DNA from: an uncultured Planctomycetaceae bacterium
GTDB lineage: Bacteria; Planctomycetota; Planctomycetia; Planctomycetales; Planctomycetaceae
Direction of reading: 5' to 3'
Assembly: GCA_963815195.1 (NCBI GenBank)
Contig: CAWFGE010000023.1
Location: 32,001 to 96,000 of the forward strand
Length of the DNA stretch: 64,000 nucleotides
Positions within the stretch are counted from its first letter, which is position 1. Each line of letters starts with the position of its first letter. Below the pieces are notes generated by a model. It was not told the DNA's origin. It saw nothing but the letters and a program-made list of their open reading frames with translations, and did not search any database. Both the position numbers and the translations under genes were made by a program. Of the stretch, positions 61,132-64,000 are shown in pieces.

Positions 61132-61494
61132 TCAGCCGGTGCGGGCTTCTTGGCCACGTTGCCTGAGCATGAAATCGTAAAGGCGCTTGGCGGCGGGTTC
61201 CCAGTTTCCGTCGCGGGCCTCTTGGATGATCGAATCCAAAAACTCGCCGGCCTCCGCCGACAGCCGGCCTTCTTGACGGTAGGATTTCAGCCGGCGGTCG
61301 CAGGCCTCCAAACGATTCGGGTCCCGCGAAGTCAAAGCGGTAAACAGCGCATCCACGGTGTTGAAGACGCGTTCGTCGGGTTTCAACTGCGGCGGCGGGC
61401 GGCGGATCCAGAGCCACATTCCAAGCACAAGCACAATCGCGATGGCACACGCGACGAAGCCCCACCGGCGTTTGGCTTCTGAATCACGGACCAT
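61132..61494 (-). CDS. Small membrane-anchored protein coupled to the DUF1559 gene
   Basis: 120 aa, TM helix then [14 protein letters not shown]; overlaps upstream stop. Confidence 0.7.
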   Translation of the reverse strand: MVRDSEAKRRWGFVACAIAIVLVLGMWLWIRRPPPQLKPDERVFNTVDALFTALTSRDPNRLEACDRRLKSYRQEGRLSAEAGEFLDSIIQEARDGNWEPAAKRLYDFMLRQRGQEARTG

Positions 61495-62590
61495 GATTCG
61501 CTTCTCCGCCGTTGCGGGTCGATAACGCCACCCACACGTTTCCGTTTGTGAACGCGGTGTAAAACCGGACCGAGCCATCGCCGAAAAGCACGTTGCAACC
61601 GGGGCCGTGTTCGCCCCACATTTCGTCCGTGTGCCCGAAGGGATTGTTCGGGGCGTGGATGATGACCTCGGGATGGTCATGCACATCGGGTCCGCTGTGG
61701 CAGCCGACGAGGTCCGTCGCCAGGTTGTTTTCGGAAGGCCAGTCGTACAAATCCATCCGCGGAATGACGCCTGCTCCCGGAACCACGCCCACCCAGGTGT
61801 TGTTGCTGAGATAAGAACTGCGTTCGCCGACGAAAACGGTGTTCGACAGCCCGTCCGTCACATCGCGGACGCGGGTGTGCGAGTTGGGATAGAAGGGGCC
61901 GTCGATCACGCAATCGGGCGCACCGTTCGGGAGCGGTTCGGGAATATCAAAGTTGTAGCAATACGCGGGAGCCCGGCCCCACGGCTGATTGATCCCCGCA
62001 TTCGTCACGTAATGCGAATGCGCGAAGAAAATCTTGCTGCCGTCGGAGCGGAGCATCTCGGTTCCGGTGTTTCCCGCCCCCGTGATCGTGGGACCGGGAA
62101 CGGGAGCCTGGACGTTAAATCCCAAACTCCCGCCGGTCGCGGAGGGACAGAGAAAAACCGGGACCGGCGTGCCCGCGGGTTTCGCATTGGCAATCGACCA
62201 ACAGGTCAGGTGGAAATTGAATTGGCGATAAAGCGGTGCCTGATCGAGAAAAGGCAACAGCATGGCCCCCCAACCAAAACCGGGCGGACCGACTTGGATT
62301 TCATCGGGAAAACCGATGCCGTCGATCGAGCCGCTGACGTAGGGATTGACAACACAAGCCGGCGGAAACAGACCATGCGTGCCCTCGTAATTCTGGAGAG
62401 CCAGCCCCAACTGTTTGAGGTTGTTTTTGCACTGCGACCGCCGGGCCGCTTCGCGGGCTTGTTGAACGGCCGGGAGCAAGATCGAAATCAAAATTCCGAT
62501 GATGGCGATCACGACCAACAGTTCAATCAGCGTAAACCCGCGCCGGAATGCGCGACGATTGGAATGTCGGAGCGTAACAAGATTCCACAT
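61484..62590 (-). CDS. DUF1559 prepilin-type N-terminal cleavage/methylation protein with H-X9-DG motif
   Basis: [56 protein letters not shown]. Confidence 0.95.
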   Translation of the reverse strand: MWNLVTLRHSNRRAFRRGFTLIELLVVIAIIGILISILLPAVQQAREAARRSQCKNNLKQLGLALQNYEGTHGLFPPACVVNPYVSGSIDGIGFPDEIQVGPPGFGWGAMLLPFLDQAPLYRQFNFHLTCWSIANAKPAGTPVPVFLCPSATGGSLGFNVQAPVPGPTITGAGNTGTEMLRSDGSKIFFAHSHYVTNAGINQPWGRAPAYCYNFDIPEPLPNGAPDCVIDGPFYPNSHTRVRDVTDGLSNTVFVGERSSYLSNNTWVGVVPGAGVIPRMDLYDWPSENNLATDLVGCHSGPDVHDHPEVIIHAPNNPFGHTDEMWGEHGPGCNVLFGDGSVRFYTAFTNGNVWVALSTRNGGEANHGP

Positions 62591-62844
62591 CGCGGTGGGC
62601 CTTCTTCGTCGGCAAAGTTTTCCTTGGGCAAACGCCCCTCCCACGTTCAGTCCATGCGATATTAACAATCGGAAAACAATTTATCAATACTATCAAAAAA
62701 TAAGTTTTGAATAGCAAAACTTTTTCTCTTGAGCTGCCGATTTGCGATCGTCCTGGATCAGCGGTTATAGTACGGATAACGAAATCTGCTGATGTTGATG
62801 AGTGCGAGACCTCCATTCCTACAGAATTTCAAAGCGATTGATTG

Positions 62845-64000
<1,156 letters not shown>

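Overview
GC-rich bacterial chromosome segment, almost certainly from a planctomycete (DUF1559 prepilin-like protein, PSCyt/PSD cytochrome c protein, sulfatase, secretin-N protein, PQQ-like propellers, planctomycete-type REP-like palindromes). Core genes: hrpA, alaS, FKBP PPIase, kdsB, pyrG, thrC, aspS, Rrf2 regulator. About a dozen single-base frameshifts split otherwise intact genes and are most likely long-read consensus errors. Most notable accessory features: (1) an apparently perfect 455-bp direct repeat (hrpA 5' end + IS3 remnant + REP doublet) flanking an 806-bp fragment of a foreign operon; (2) a low-GC HEPN-motif gene behind hrpA; (3) a M.PvuII-like N4-cytosine methyltransferase paired with an HNH nuclease, not a PvuII-type enzyme; (4) a compact biosynthetic locus with a TE-less single-module NRPS (basic amino acid pocket) and a fused active/inactive KAS III di-domain; (5) a cupredoxin/sulfite-oxidase-family pair between aspS and thrC. 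No rRNA, tRNA or CRISPR array was recognised. All family calls come from motif recognition by eye, not database searches.
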